Positions 39,330 to 48,277 of a DNA stretch of 64,000 nt are shown piece after piece. The notes under the pieces were generated by a model, which searched no databases, was not told where the DNA came from, and worked only from the letters and a program-made list of their open reading frames with translations. Every line of letters starts with the position of its first letter. The first letter of the stretch is position 1. The position numbers and the translations under genes were made by a program. This DNA is from a virus, in the IMG/VR virus record IMGVR_UViG_3300028388_003908, positions 32,001 through 96,000 of that record; one strand, written 5' to 3'.

Positions 39330-40274
39330 TCAACCTAAATACTTAGAGGCTACTCTGACCGGATTTGATCGGATCTCTTGCATCTCAAAATTACCGTTCT
39401 CGTCTCCGTGACCGTAGCGATAAATCTCAAAAGAGCATACCGCAGGTCCGGAAAATCTCTTCTCAAAACCCGCATAACCACAGCAATCTGGAAACAGATA
39501 AAGATACATCTTACGCTCTATCGGATCAAACACCGTGTGAGAGCTTGTGTAAAGATTAGACCTGCGCGAGACGTTGAAAGGATCATCAGGATTTCTGAGA
39601 CGGTCGCCATAGATACTAGGGGCTAAGTCTTGCACCTTTTGAATCTGTCTTATGCGCTTCTGCGCTCTGCGCTTTCTCTCATGGGAAGAATCTCGATTGA
39701 CACCATACTGATAGCCTGTATCAGGATTCCAAACACCATGGTTTGTGCGAACGTGGGTCTTGTCCGATCTCAGCTTTCTAACGTGAAGATCGCCTTCTTC
39801 CCCCTCTAGTACGCCTTTCAAGGTGCGCTCGATCCCATACGTCTCATAACCATCTGAGAGCAGATTATGCCCCAACACACCCTTGTTAGTGGAAGCCTTC
39901 CTGACCGCTTCATCTAAGGTAGTGCTCGATAGTATCTCAAGCATCAAGTTACCGTCCTTATAGCTATCTCTAGCTAGGATTCGGGACAAATTCTCCATGC
40001 CCTCATCATCGGGGTCGTATTCATCCTTCTTCTTTGAGGGGCGGTCCTTCTCGTCATCTAAGACCATCAGAGCGCTGTTGACGAGAGAGATACCGTACTC
40101 GTTAATACCCTCAATCCAACCCGTATCAACATCCTGAAAATATAGGATCTCAACCCCGTTGACGCGGTCGTGATACACCTTAATGTCGGGGTCATAATTG
40201 CGATCTCTGTTCTTAAACAGGACCACCTTGCCCTCACATGGTGTCGCAGAGATTGTGCAAGCCTTTTTGTCCAT
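39330..40274 (-). CDS. Ntn-hydrolase (C45/NRDE-like) with MDKKA leader and C-terminal VRVASKYL tag
   Basis: CT…KNRDR, EGINEYGISLVNSAL and RTNH motifs. Confidence 0.8.
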   Translation of the reverse strand: MDKKACTISATPCEGKVVLFKNRDRNYDPDIKVYHDRVNGVEILYFQDVDTGWIEGINEYGISLVNSALMVLDDEKDRPSKKKDEYDPDDEGMENLSRILARDSYKDGNLMLEILSSTTLDEAVRKASTNKGVLGHNLLSDGYETYGIERTLKGVLEGEEGDLHVRKLRSDKTHVRTNHGVWNPDTGYQYGVNRDSSHERKRRAQKRIRQIQKVQDLAPSIYGDRLRNPDDPFNVSRRSNLYTSSHTVFDPIERKMYLYLFPDCCGYAGFEKRFSGPAVCSFEIYRYGHGDENGNFEMQEIRSNPVRVASKYLG

Positions 40275-40275
40275 A

Positions 40276-41745
40276 TCAACCTGCCATATACGCGGTTCGG
40301 AATCTAGGATTCTGTCTCAAGAGACGATGAATCTGCTGTATAGAGGCTCTTCTAAATATCTTCTTGAAGAGGCTCTTACCGCCTTCCCAAATCTTAGAAC
40401 CTACGTTCTTTAAGAACTTGAATCCTTTGGCAAGGTCCTTAATGACTGCCACACTCACCGGCGCTAGAGACACACCTAATTTTCGGATAATCTGAGCAGT
40501 AGCTTTAGTGTCGGAGATTAAAACGATCAGTAGAATCACACCTAAGATCTTCACGATACCTAGACCTACCGTGGCGAGCGCTGTCTTCATCAAGAGCGCG
40601 ATTGCAGAAGCCTTTAGGATTGAGAGACCGAGCTTAACCACAATCAACTGATGATCAGGAATGCCGGTTGACACATATTGATTGAGATCCTCCCACTTAG
40701 TCATACCCCAATTCGCAAGGGTAATCTCTTTAGGATCAATCCCCAACATATCTCTAATCTCTGACGTACCTGTCCCCGCTACTTTAGCGACCTGAGCAGG
40801 TGTACGGGCAGAGAGCAATTGACCTATTACTTTGAGCGTAGAACTAAAATCACCTGCGCTCTTTAGACGACTCGCAATCAAGCGCTCATACTCGGTCTTA
40901 GGTTTCGTGCCTGCGTCTACAAGCACATGAACCTTTTTTGTAAGACCTTTCGCCTTCAGTACGTTCACGAAAAGATCAATCTCACCTTTGTTGATACCCT
41001 TGATCTTCTCTTTAAAATTGTTGATGATCTCAGAGAGATAACCCATACCTACAGCGTCTTTAACCTCGGGATTATCGAGCTGTTCCATCGCATCGTCCAT
41101 AGCGCCTGCGTATGCGGTCTTTGTATCTCCTATCACTAGAGATAGTACCTTACGCATACGATCAAACTCTCTCATAGAACCTGAGGCGATAATGGCTCTG
41201 CGGATCATCTGATTCTGCTCATGGGCAATCAGTACATTGTGAATAGAGGCTTGTCTGCTTCTCATATAAGAACCTTTCTTTTGTGTGTGTTTCTTTTTCC
41301 ATGCCCTCCACTTAGCGTGTTGAGGGCTAGATTTAAGCGAGGGATCGTGTCCCCAATTTCTAAGACTGATTTCCCATTTAGACATACCGCTGTCTTCTAT
41401 AGGCTCACCCGGCTCATTCCCGAGCATCCTGGAATTAAAGCCGTTCTCTTGCGAGGCGTTGTCGAAATCGTCTGCGCTCCAATCCTCAAAAGGCTTGGAT
41501 TTCCTGCGCTTAATCCGATGGAAAGAGTCGTAACCTGATTGTATACCGCCAGAATCCTTAGCCTCTGATCTGTTGATAGAGGCGAGCAATCTCCGTTCAT
41601 CCTCAGCCCATTTATCAAGCGCATCTTGACTCATGTTAATGAGCTTATGCCACTTGTCATATATCTCACGCTTTTCTTTGTCGGAGCGCGCCTTCGCTGA
41701 TCGGTACATACATCTGCCCCTATCTCTTTTCTTAGAGACAGACAA
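40276..41745 (-). CDS. DUF3140-like N-terminal domain fused to a helical/hydrophobic domain
   Basis: INMS…L..W…SLRNWGHDP motif. The real start is probably the downstream ATG of MYRSA. Confidence 0.7.
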   Translation of the reverse strand: MSVSKKRDRGRCMYRSAKARSDKEKREIYDKWHKLINMSQDALDKWAEDERRLLASINRSEAKDSGGIQSGYDSFHRIKRRKSKPFEDWSADDFDNASQENGFNSRMLGNEPGEPIEDSGMSKWEISLRNWGHDPSLKSSPQHAKWRAWKKKHTQKKGSYMRSRQASIHNVLIAHEQNQMIRRAIIASGSMREFDRMRKVLSLVIGDTKTAYAGAMDDAMEQLDNPEVKDAVGMGYLSEIINNFKEKIKGINKGEIDLFVNVLKAKGLTKKVHVLVDAGTKPKTEYERLIASRLKSAGDFSSTLKVIGQLLSARTPAQVAKVAGTGTSEIRDMLGIDPKEITLANWGMTKWEDLNQYVSTGIPDHQLIVVKLGLSILKASAIALLMKTALATVGLGIVKILGVILLIVLISDTKATAQIIRKLGVSLAPVSVAVIKDLAKGFKFLKNVGSKIWEGGKSLFKKIFRRASIQQIHRLLRQNPRFRTAYMAG

Positions 41746-41748
41746 TAT

Positions 41749-41760
41749 ATAAAAAGGTAA
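41749..41760 (-). promoter_or_regulatory. Putative late promoter variant TTACCTTTTTAT
   Basis: One mismatch to TAA-N4-TTTAT. Heads the 41745>40274>39328 gene run. Confidence 0.45.
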
Positions 41761-42837
41761 TCACCACACCTTGAAATAGAGACCTAGCGAAGGAGCGTGA
41801 TATCCGTCCTTGAACAGATAGTCATATCCGACAAAAGGCGCGATGTTCACCTCTCTACCTAAGACCTCAGGATGCCAGCTTGCAAACCCGCCTACGCCTA
41901 AGCCTCGATTCTCTGAGAACACGCCTCTAACACCTAGACGATAGCGACCCTTAGATAGATTGATCATCGAAGTCCCCGCGCTCGCCATCAAGCCTTCCTC
42001 ATAGATGTACCCAAATCCGGCGAGTACGGATAAATCGAACAAACCAAGCTCTTTAGCTTGATAAACCTGCGTAGGTGAGTAGATCGACAACCCTTGATAA
42101 CGCGGGTCGTCTGACAGGATTTTATCCTCTGCCAAGGCTACGAATTCTCCCTTGTCGTCAAGATAACCCGCCATCAAATGGATGCCTTGATTACGCACTA
42201 GACCATCTTCCGGATTGTTGGGGTCTGCTCTGTAAGTGAGCGCTGTCACTTTAAAGGCGAGATTTAGATCCAAGCGCGTTTCGTCTCCCCAAAGGTTGTC
42301 TGAAGCAAAGCGAGCCACAGGTTGTCCATTAACCCTATGCTCACTTTCCCAAGCGAACACGAAAGGGGCGCATCTGCTCGGATCTGATTTGCACCATGAA
42401 AGCTCCTCAGCGGTAATACCTTCCCACACCGTAGGGGCGGGTTCAGAGGGCTTTTCCGAGGGCTTACCTACTCTACTTGACCCCTTATCTAAGGAAACCT
42501 TTACCTGCTTAAAAGCCCTCGTTACCATGTCGATACGAGCGTTGGTGCTTTTCATATAGCGATCAATAGACGAGCGCGTCTCTGCGCTCAGATCTCTTGT
42601 TATGCTCTCGGTTCTGCGCTGAAGCTCCTCATGCGTCACCATACGAGATTCAACCTGTCTTATATCCTCTCGGGCAGAGGCGATAAGACGTGCGTTTTCT
42701 GAGAGCTTTCCTTCTAGCTGTTCGCTTACGACCTTGGCTAGTGTGCTCGCGTCCTCCGATTTAGACGCTTGTTTATAGAGCAACACAGATGACACCATCA
42801 CATAAGCGCCTATTGCGTATTGTAGATAAGGGTTCAT
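41761..42837 (-). CDS. Envelope protein with N-terminal TM helix, coiled coil and C-terminal beta-barrel-like region
   Basis: Hydrophobic residues 4-20. Alternating G/aromatic strands ending SLGLYFKVW. Confidence 0.55.
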   Translation of the reverse strand: MNPYLQYAIGAYVMVSSVLLYKQASKSEDASTLAKVVSEQLEGKLSENARLIASAREDIRQVESRMVTHEELQRRTESITRDLSAETRSSIDRYMKSTNARIDMVTRAFKQVKVSLDKGSSRVGKPSEKPSEPAPTVWEGITAEELSWCKSDPSRCAPFVFAWESEHRVNGQPVARFASDNLWGDETRLDLNLAFKVTALTYRADPNNPEDGLVRNQGIHLMAGYLDDKGEFVALAEDKILSDDPRYQGLSIYSPTQVYQAKELGLFDLSVLAGFGYIYEEGLMASAGTSMINLSKGRYRLGVRGVFSENRGLGVGGFASWHPEVLGREVNIAPFVGYDYLFKDGYHAPSLGLYFKVW

Positions 42838-42880
42838 ATTTTAGTCCTTGTACTGGTTTCAGAGGATTAAGGACTAAAAT
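42838..42880 (-). promoter_or_regulatory. 12-bp hairpin burying the SD, with a late-promoter variant (TTAGTCCTTAAT) overlapping the 5' arm
   Basis: Inverted repeat 42838-42849/42869-42880. Confidence 0.6.
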
Positions 42881-42888
42881 GTGAGCCC

Positions 42889-43299
42889 TTACCTCCACAT
42901 ATCATTACGAGTAAAAAAACTATCTAAGTAAGTAGGTTGCGATTTCTTCTCGTAGTATTCATCATACGTCTCTCCGAGAAAATTGTACTTTTCCTTGCAT
43001 ACGGGACAAGTGCTTATGCGTCTTGCGTCAACATCAAACCACGTTGAACAGCAACGAATCTGCGCTGGAAAGTAGATTGTGAAGACCTTGCTCTTTTCAA
43101 ATCTGAGCACCCCGCCCTTCTTAAAGCTCTCGGGCAAGGGCCCGTAATCTTGCTCATGTATCTGCTTGAATTCTTGAACAGAATCCACACGACCCAAGAC
43201 GAATCGCTCCTCCCCTTCAAAAGATTTCAAGACGGTAGCGTCTGCGATTAAAGAGGAGTGGGAACCTTGCTTTTTCTCAACCGGCATGATGACCTCCAA
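42889..43299 (-). CDS. Hypothetical protein with zinc-ribbon-like CC…CPVC
   Basis: Likely start is ATG 43287 behind GGAGG. Confidence 0.6.
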   Translation of the reverse strand: MEVIMPVEKKQGSHSSLIADATVLKSFEGEERFVLGRVDSVQEFKQIHEQDYGPLPESFKKGGVLRFEKSKVFTIYFPAQIRCCSTWFDVDARRISTCPVCKEKYNFLGETYDEYYEKKSQPTYLDSFFTRNDMWR

Positions 43300-43328
43300 G
43301 AATGACGTTTACGTCTGCTCTTAGAGTA

Positions 43329-44609
43329 TCAGCCCTTGGTTATGTAATAATCATCCGAGAGAAGGTCGATACACTTTTGCGTCTCTTTATCCTCTCTCAC
43401 CTCAGACAGCCCCTTGCCGTGTGAAGATTCGATCTTCACCTTGTAGTAGAGATAAGGCTTATTAGACATGACGTGAGGTATCAAGAGCGTTTGACCATAA
43501 TCCTCGATTGTGCCTAGATCCCTGGCTGCGTCTGACTCAAACACAAACTTGATGCCCTCACGCTCTACCGTAAAGCCCTCATAGATAGATCTCAGATTAT
43601 CGTTGTACGCGCTGAAGTTCTTAGCGTCCCATTTGTCGTAAATGCGCTCCTTGAACATCTTAGCGAGCTCGGGACGCAAGAACTTAGCTACCTCTTTAGC
43701 CTTGTCACCGTCTCCCAAACTAAGAGCATTAGTAGCCTCGCTCTCGTCCATCTTCATCTCAATGTTCAAGCCGTAGTTGAATGGGCCTACCCAACCTTCC
43801 CCGTTGGAGCGTAGCATAGATCCATCGGCTTGGGTCAGGATAACAGAGGGTCTAAAGCGCTTGGGCAGATAAGCTAGACGAGAGGAGCCCTTCTTGGTCA
43901 GCGTATATCCTTTGCTCTCTAGCACCTCTTTACAATGCGCCTTCTCTAGATCCTCTTTGGTAATACGAGATCTGTTACCGCCCATGACGCTCACAATGTT
44001 AATAACAACGGTCGAAGCGCTAGGCGTCTTAACCGCTATGTCTCCTCGTCTTGTCTTGAGCAAATCACTATGATTAGGGAAGTTAACAGGCGCCATAACA
44101 TAGAGCAGATTGTCCCCGTTTGAGGGGGCCTTGATTTTCTCACTACCGCCGGTGCCTTGGGAAAACCATTTAAATATCTTGTTGTAATCAGAGACGTTTT
44201 TACTATTCCAAGCCTGCTCCATCTTAAGAAAGGTGTGCTTCACCATATTATGCACATCTCCGGATGTGATACAGCGCAAGTCCATTCGATGTTGAGCATG
44301 GGACGTAAGTCTCACCCCGATCTTGAACGTGTCTTTTCCGGACCAAGGACTGCCGTCAGACAGCTTCATGCTGTGCTTTACGCTCACCACGAAATCCGGA
44401 TCAGATGATGCAGGATAGATTTTCTTCTCTAGCGTGTTTGTGAGGAAAGTCTGATTTCTAAGCTGATCAGACACCTCAAATCTCATGTTCTCGGGCGCTC
44501 TCTTGAGTACAAGATCAGGTCCACATTCCTTGCGATCCCCTAAATCGTCAAAACGTGAGCGCGCTGTTCTCATCATAGCTCTAATGATCTGTCTTCTGGA
44601 TGTCCTCAT
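43329..44609 (-). CDS. Protein with a DUF4258-like (RelE-fold) domain and basic MMRTA leader
   Basis: LTSHAQHRMDLRCITSGDV matches S.HA..RM..R.I. Confidence 0.55.
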   Translation of the reverse strand: MRTSRRQIIRAMMRTARSRFDDLGDRKECGPDLVLKRAPENMRFEVSDQLRNQTFLTNTLEKKIYPASSDPDFVVSVKHSMKLSDGSPWSGKDTFKIGVRLTSHAQHRMDLRCITSGDVHNMVKHTFLKMEQAWNSKNVSDYNKIFKWFSQGTGGSEKIKAPSNGDNLLYVMAPVNFPNHSDLLKTRRGDIAVKTPSASTVVINIVSVMGGNRSRITKEDLEKAHCKEVLESKGYTLTKKGSSRLAYLPKRFRPSVILTQADGSMLRSNGEGWVGPFNYGLNIEMKMDESEATNALSLGDGDKAKEVAKFLRPELAKMFKERIYDKWDAKNFSAYNDNLRSIYEGFTVEREGIKFVFESDAARDLGTIEDYGQTLLIPHVMSNKPYLYYKVKIESSHGKGLSEVREDKETQKCIDLLSDDYYITKG

Positions 44610-44878
44610 TTCTTCTCCCCTTTATCAGGACCGTCTACCGTGTCTAGTACGTTGTTGGCTACATGGGTGTACTTATCTAAGGCAGCCTGACCTAAGATAT
44701 AACCTACTTGGATGAAACCGCTCACGATAATGAGCGTTATCAAGACCATGAAAGAGTAATGCTCGATCTTGTTCTGATAGGTGTAAAGCAGATAAAACAT
44801 GGCGAGTTTCCAGCCAGCCTCTGCGATCAAATAAGCTAAGAATTTCTTGCTCTTTAAAGGTAGTTTTCCCATCTTCAT
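44606..44878 (-). CDS. Holin-like two-TM protein
   Basis: KSKKFLAYL N-terminus, two hydrophobic helices and a YILGQA.LD motif. Confidence 0.55.
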   Translation of the reverse strand: MKMGKLPLKSKKFLAYLIAEAGWKLAMFYLLYTYQNKIEHYSFMVLITLIIVSGFIQVGYILGQAALDKYTHVANNVLDTVDGPDKGEKK

Positions 44879-45225
44879 CGCCTCACAACGAGTTTATTGG
44901 AGCCCTCTACAACCCTGCGCGCTTGCACAGGTAGATTGACTCTTGTGTCATTAAGTTTTGTCTGTACGCGGTCCTCTATGATCTGAGGCTCCTCGTCACC
45001 GATAAGAGATCTTGGGCTGTCTCTCAACATCTCGTCCAAGCGCGCCTTCTCATCAGCCTCCAACAAGCTGTATGCAGAAGGAAAGTCCTCTCTCGCCTTG
45101 GGATTCTCTCTCAAGAACTCTGCGATAATGTAGAGAGGCAACACAGGCGGATTGTCCGTGTCCTCTATGCCTTTGAGCGTGTTGAGACCGTTGTTTTGAC
45201 GTATCCAAAAGTTTGACATGATCAT
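44875..45225 (-). CDS. Hypothetical protein
   Basis: ORF behind the late-type promoter. Likely start is 45219. Confidence 0.6.
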   Translation of the reverse strand: MIMSNFWIRQNNGLNTLKGIEDTDNPPVLPLYIIAEFLRENPKAREDFPSAYSLLEADEKARLDEMLRDSPRSLIGDEEPQIIEDRVQTKLNDTRVNLPVQARRVVEGSNKLVVRR

Positions 45226-45267
45226 CCTCTATCTACTCTTTAACCGTGCTAGAGGATAAAAGGATTA
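45224..45267 (-). promoter_or_regulatory. Putative late promoter TAATCCTTTTAT (45256-45267) with an 8-bp SD-burying hairpin
   Basis: Inverted repeat 45224-45231/45250-45257 contains GAGGA. Confidence 0.65.
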
Positions 45268-45325
45268 AGACAGATAATCTAAGACATAGCGCTTCAGTCA
45301 CACAAGCAAACACAGGAGGTAGACG

Positions 45326-46390
45326 ATGAAGCGCTGTTTTATGATCGGCGGTATGCCCGACCAGCAAAAGAAATTCCTCGATAAGGTCAACGCGATTGGC
45401 TATCCTCTTGAGTACATCGGAGGATACGATTCAGACGTTAACCCTTCTAATATGAGGATCCCATCCGATTGCGTCTGCATGATACTAAAAGACAAGATCT
45501 CACATAAGCAGAGAGATCTCGCTAAGTCTATGTGCGCGAGTCGTGAAGACGTTATCTTTATCGAGACCGCAAGTAAGATTTCAAAAGCGGTTGATACACT
45601 GGCAGTCGTGTTAGGTCATAACGAGATTTACCAGAGCTACGCTCATGTTGAGCATGACAGACCTTTGTCGGAAGAGGAACAAGGGGAAGATCCTTCCTTC
45701 TTAAACGCTGTTCTTAACGTGCCTTGGGCTATGTTCCCCTATGACCCTCGTCATTCTGGATCTCGTAAAAATCTGAGCAACTATTGGCTCAACACCTATC
45801 GTAAAAATGACACAGCGCAGAGCGCGTTTTTACCTTCAATGTCAGAGGTTAAGAAAGGTCTCAAAATCCACCCCATGCTACACGCCTCCGATCTGCTACG
45901 ACAGCACGATAAGCCTGGACGCAAAGAGACCGCGATTCTATCTGCTAAGGCATGGCTCTTGGGGGCAGAGGAGAGTGGATATACGTTCCTCTCAAAACAC
46001 GCGCTGAATCGCGCTCTTAGCATGACTTTTGGACTCACACCGGAAGATCTGCCCGAGGCGCTTTGGTGTGAACTCTTAAAGAAGCCAGAGAAGAAATCCA
46101 AAACGAAAACGACCAAACCCACCGAGAACCCCATCACCGAGAACCCCATCACCGAGGAGACAGAGAACGTGACCGATACGAATCAAGAAGTCCGAGACGA
46201 GGTGCTTATCCATGCAGAGCAAGATGAAGGCGTTTACATCTGTGGCGCGCTCTTACAGATCACAGGTGATCTCTCCGTCAAGGCCATCTCCGTAGATGAT
46301 CTGCTTGTCTGCGGTCCATATAACGTCTCCATCGGCAAGGTTGAAGATGGCATCTTACATGACGTGCTTGTCTCTCTCGTTAAAGGTTAA
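45326..46390 (+). CDS. Protein with DUF2325-like N-terminal domain
   Basis: MIGG…ILKDKISH…AKS.C motif. Strong AGGAGG SD. TENPI repeat at 46121-46156. Confidence 0.6.
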   Translation: MKRCFMIGGMPDQQKKFLDKVNAIGYPLEYIGGYDSDVNPSNMRIPSDCVCMILKDKISHKQRDLAKSMCASREDVIFIETASKISKAVDTLAVVLGHNEIYQSYAHVEHDRPLSEEEQGEDPSFLNAVLNVPWAMFPYDPRHSGSRKNLSNYWLNTYRKNDTAQSAFLPSMSEVKKGLKIHPMLHASDLLRQHDKPGRKETAILSAKAWLLGAEESGYTFLSKHALNRALSMTFGLTPEDLPEALWCELLKKPEKKSKTKTTKPTENPITENPITEETENVTDTNQEVRDEVLIHAEQDEGVYICGALLQITGDLSVKAISVDDLLVCGPYNVSIGKVEDGILHDVLVSLVKG

Positions 46391-46395
46391 TCATC

Positions 46396-47016
46396 ATGTA
46401 TAGCATGAGCACAATATCTAAAGATTTTGTCGATTATCCTTATCTTCATTTTCCGGAGATACCTCCTGTCTCACATAAGCTCGCTGGTCTGAGACGTATA
46501 TGGGAGCTTAACCGTAAAGAACTCACCGATGTGAATCTCGGGCGCAACGATTTCATGGATTTGATGTGTTATCTAAGGCGTTTAGATGACAACCCATCAG
46601 ATGAAACCTGTCCCAAGCGCAATCTGACCAAGCGCTGGTTACAAGGATGGATAGAATCAAATCCTCCTTTTGAAGGATCAGCCCTCTTAAAGGAAGCAAG
46701 CTATCTAGCCCGATGCGTCTTTAATTGGGAAGCGCCGGTACACGATCTGCTCTTAGAGGTTCTTGATGACTTTGATGTAGAGGAGGAGACCACTGAGCCT
46801 GTTGAGGAGGAGACCACTGAGCCTGTTGAGATGGAGAGCGCGTCCCCTATCAAATCTTGGAGCGTTCTAAACCTCACGATAAAGGGCGCAGGGGAGGTCT
46901 TTATCGGGGAGGTGAGCAACACCCCTCTCTCGATTGAGGGTGACGTTAAAGTACACATAAAAGGCGCAGAAGGAGACAAGATCTACGGTCTTCGTGTCAC
47001 CTCTAAAGATCAGTGA
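46396..47016 (+). CDS. Hypothetical protein, probable paralog of the C-terminal part of 45326-46390
   Basis: Same layout (helical WL segment, acidic repeat EEETTEPV x2 at 46780-46827, beta-rich C-terminal domain). Confidence 0.6.
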   Translation: MYSMSTISKDFVDYPYLHFPEIPPVSHKLAGLRRIWELNRKELTDVNLGRNDFMDLMCYLRRLDDNPSDETCPKRNLTKRWLQGWIESNPPFEGSALLKEASYLARCVFNWEAPVHDLLLEVLDDFDVEEETTEPVEEETTEPVEMESASPIKSWSVLNLTIKGAGEVFIGEVSNTPLSIEGDVKVHIKGAEGDKIYGLRVTSKDQ

Positions 47017-47339
47017 TTCTGATTCTCCCATGTGACCGTGCGACCCGCTACCTCAGCCTGCGCTGATATGCTCTTTTTGTCGGTTACCATCGGTGTCGCG
47101 CTGTCTGCACTAACAGGATAAGGGGCGTCTGATCTCGCGTCATACGTCTCTCTTATCGTGTTGTAAGAGAAGCTATAACGAGGCCATATTGAAGGCACAC
47201 CATCTACAGGAACCTTATAGCGTATGTCGTTTGAATCGAGATACGCTATGTTGAAATGCTGTTGTAGGATATTTCCTCTGTTAGATGTGCTCTTTACGTC
47301 TACCTTGTGATAGCTGAGAGATCCTACGCTCAGCCTCAT
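47010..47339 (-). CDS. Probable C-terminal part of the neck/head-tail protein, out of frame with 47281-48258
   Basis: No convincing SD. Protein-like sequence begins (SNRGNILQQHF) where the upstream ORF stops. Confidence 0.5.
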   Translation of the reverse strand: MRLSVGSLSYHKVDVKSTSNRGNILQQHFNIAYLDSNDIRYKVPVDGVPSIWPRYSFSYNTIRETYDARSDAPYPVSADSATPMVTDKKSISAQAEVAGRTVTWENQNH

Positions 47340-48258
47340 CGGGAGCGATGATTAATTCATAAGGACCATCATAGCCTCCTAAGATGCCCGTACCAAAGCA
47401 ACCGAGACAGAGCGAATCCGGATGCTTTCCGTAGGTGATGGTCTGAGGATCAAAAGCGGAGCAAGCGCAAGGCTGACCGGTCAATCTGCGGGTGAAGAAC
47501 TTAACGCGCTCGCCTCCTTGCTCAAGCATCCAATTGTTTCTTCGGATGCCCTCTCGCCAGATGTAATCAATCTTCTCTATATCAGCATCGGAAACGGGCT
47601 GACAGCGATCTAAAGGTGTCTCATATAGCTCACCAGTGGCGGTGTCTTCAGCGACCGTAGAAACCCTATAAAACGAGCGCTTGTCGATACGCTTAACAGA
47701 GGGATCATAAGAGAGATAAGAGATAGTCACCTCGTCTTGATCCGTAATGGTTAAGCTGGCGCCTTTGCGTAAGAGCACAGGATCAGGATGATAGGCTGCC
47801 TCTAGACTGACCTCCCCGGTGTTACCCATGACGGTGCGCGCCGGTATCTCTGACCCATTTAAGAGCACCATCACATCTCTACCCGAGAAGGAAGGCTCTG
47901 AGTAGAGATAAGGTGACGCTATCGGATATTGAGTACGAAAGCGCCATGGGTCTTCAGCTTGATCTCCGAAGCTAATCCAACTCGTCACAACCTCGTCATG
48001 TACGGGCGTCACCGCGTAGGCGTCCCGATAGAACGTACCGCCTACGGGGAGCAGATTAATGCGCTTGTAAGGTCCTCTGTCAGAGCCTTGAGAACGATAA
48101 ATGTTAACCCCTCTTATGAGCCATCCTTCGTTCTCATGTATCTCCGCAGGGGAAGACCATCTAAGGTCAATAACACCCCTCTTATAAGGGGAGAGCGCGT
48201 TGACCGTCTTAGGGGGTAAGGGCCAAGGGCCTCTCGATAAATTCCATCCTGCGGTCAT
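47281..48258 (-). CDS. Putative neck/head-to-tail joining protein, N-terminal part
   Basis: FN3-like N-terminus. LEQGGERVK…CAC…CLGCFGTG..GGY motif as seen in neck proteins of large myophages. Confidence 0.6.
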   Translation of the reverse strand: MTAGWNLSRGPWPLPPKTVNALSPYKRGVIDLRWSSPAEIHENEGWLIRGVNIYRSQGSDRGPYKRINLLPVGGTFYRDAYAVTPVHDEVVTSWISFGDQAEDPWRFRTQYPIASPYLYSEPSFSGRDVMVLLNGSEIPARTVMGNTGEVSLEAAYHPDPVLLRKGASLTITDQDEVTISYLSYDPSVKRIDKRSFYRVSTVAEDTATGELYETPLDRCQPVSDADIEKIDYIWREGIRRNNWMLEQGGERVKFFTRRLTGQPCACSAFDPQTITYGKHPDSLCLGCFGTGILGGYDGPYELIIAPDEAERRISQLSQGRRKEHI

Positions 48259-48277
48259 ACGCGCTCCTTACATGATG

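Noticed and set aside
33641-47288. Inverted ACATCTAA copies as the ends of an invertible segment
   Set aside because: Inversion would leave both stop codons in frame and repair neither gene. The repeat is only 8 bp and no recombinase gene is seen.
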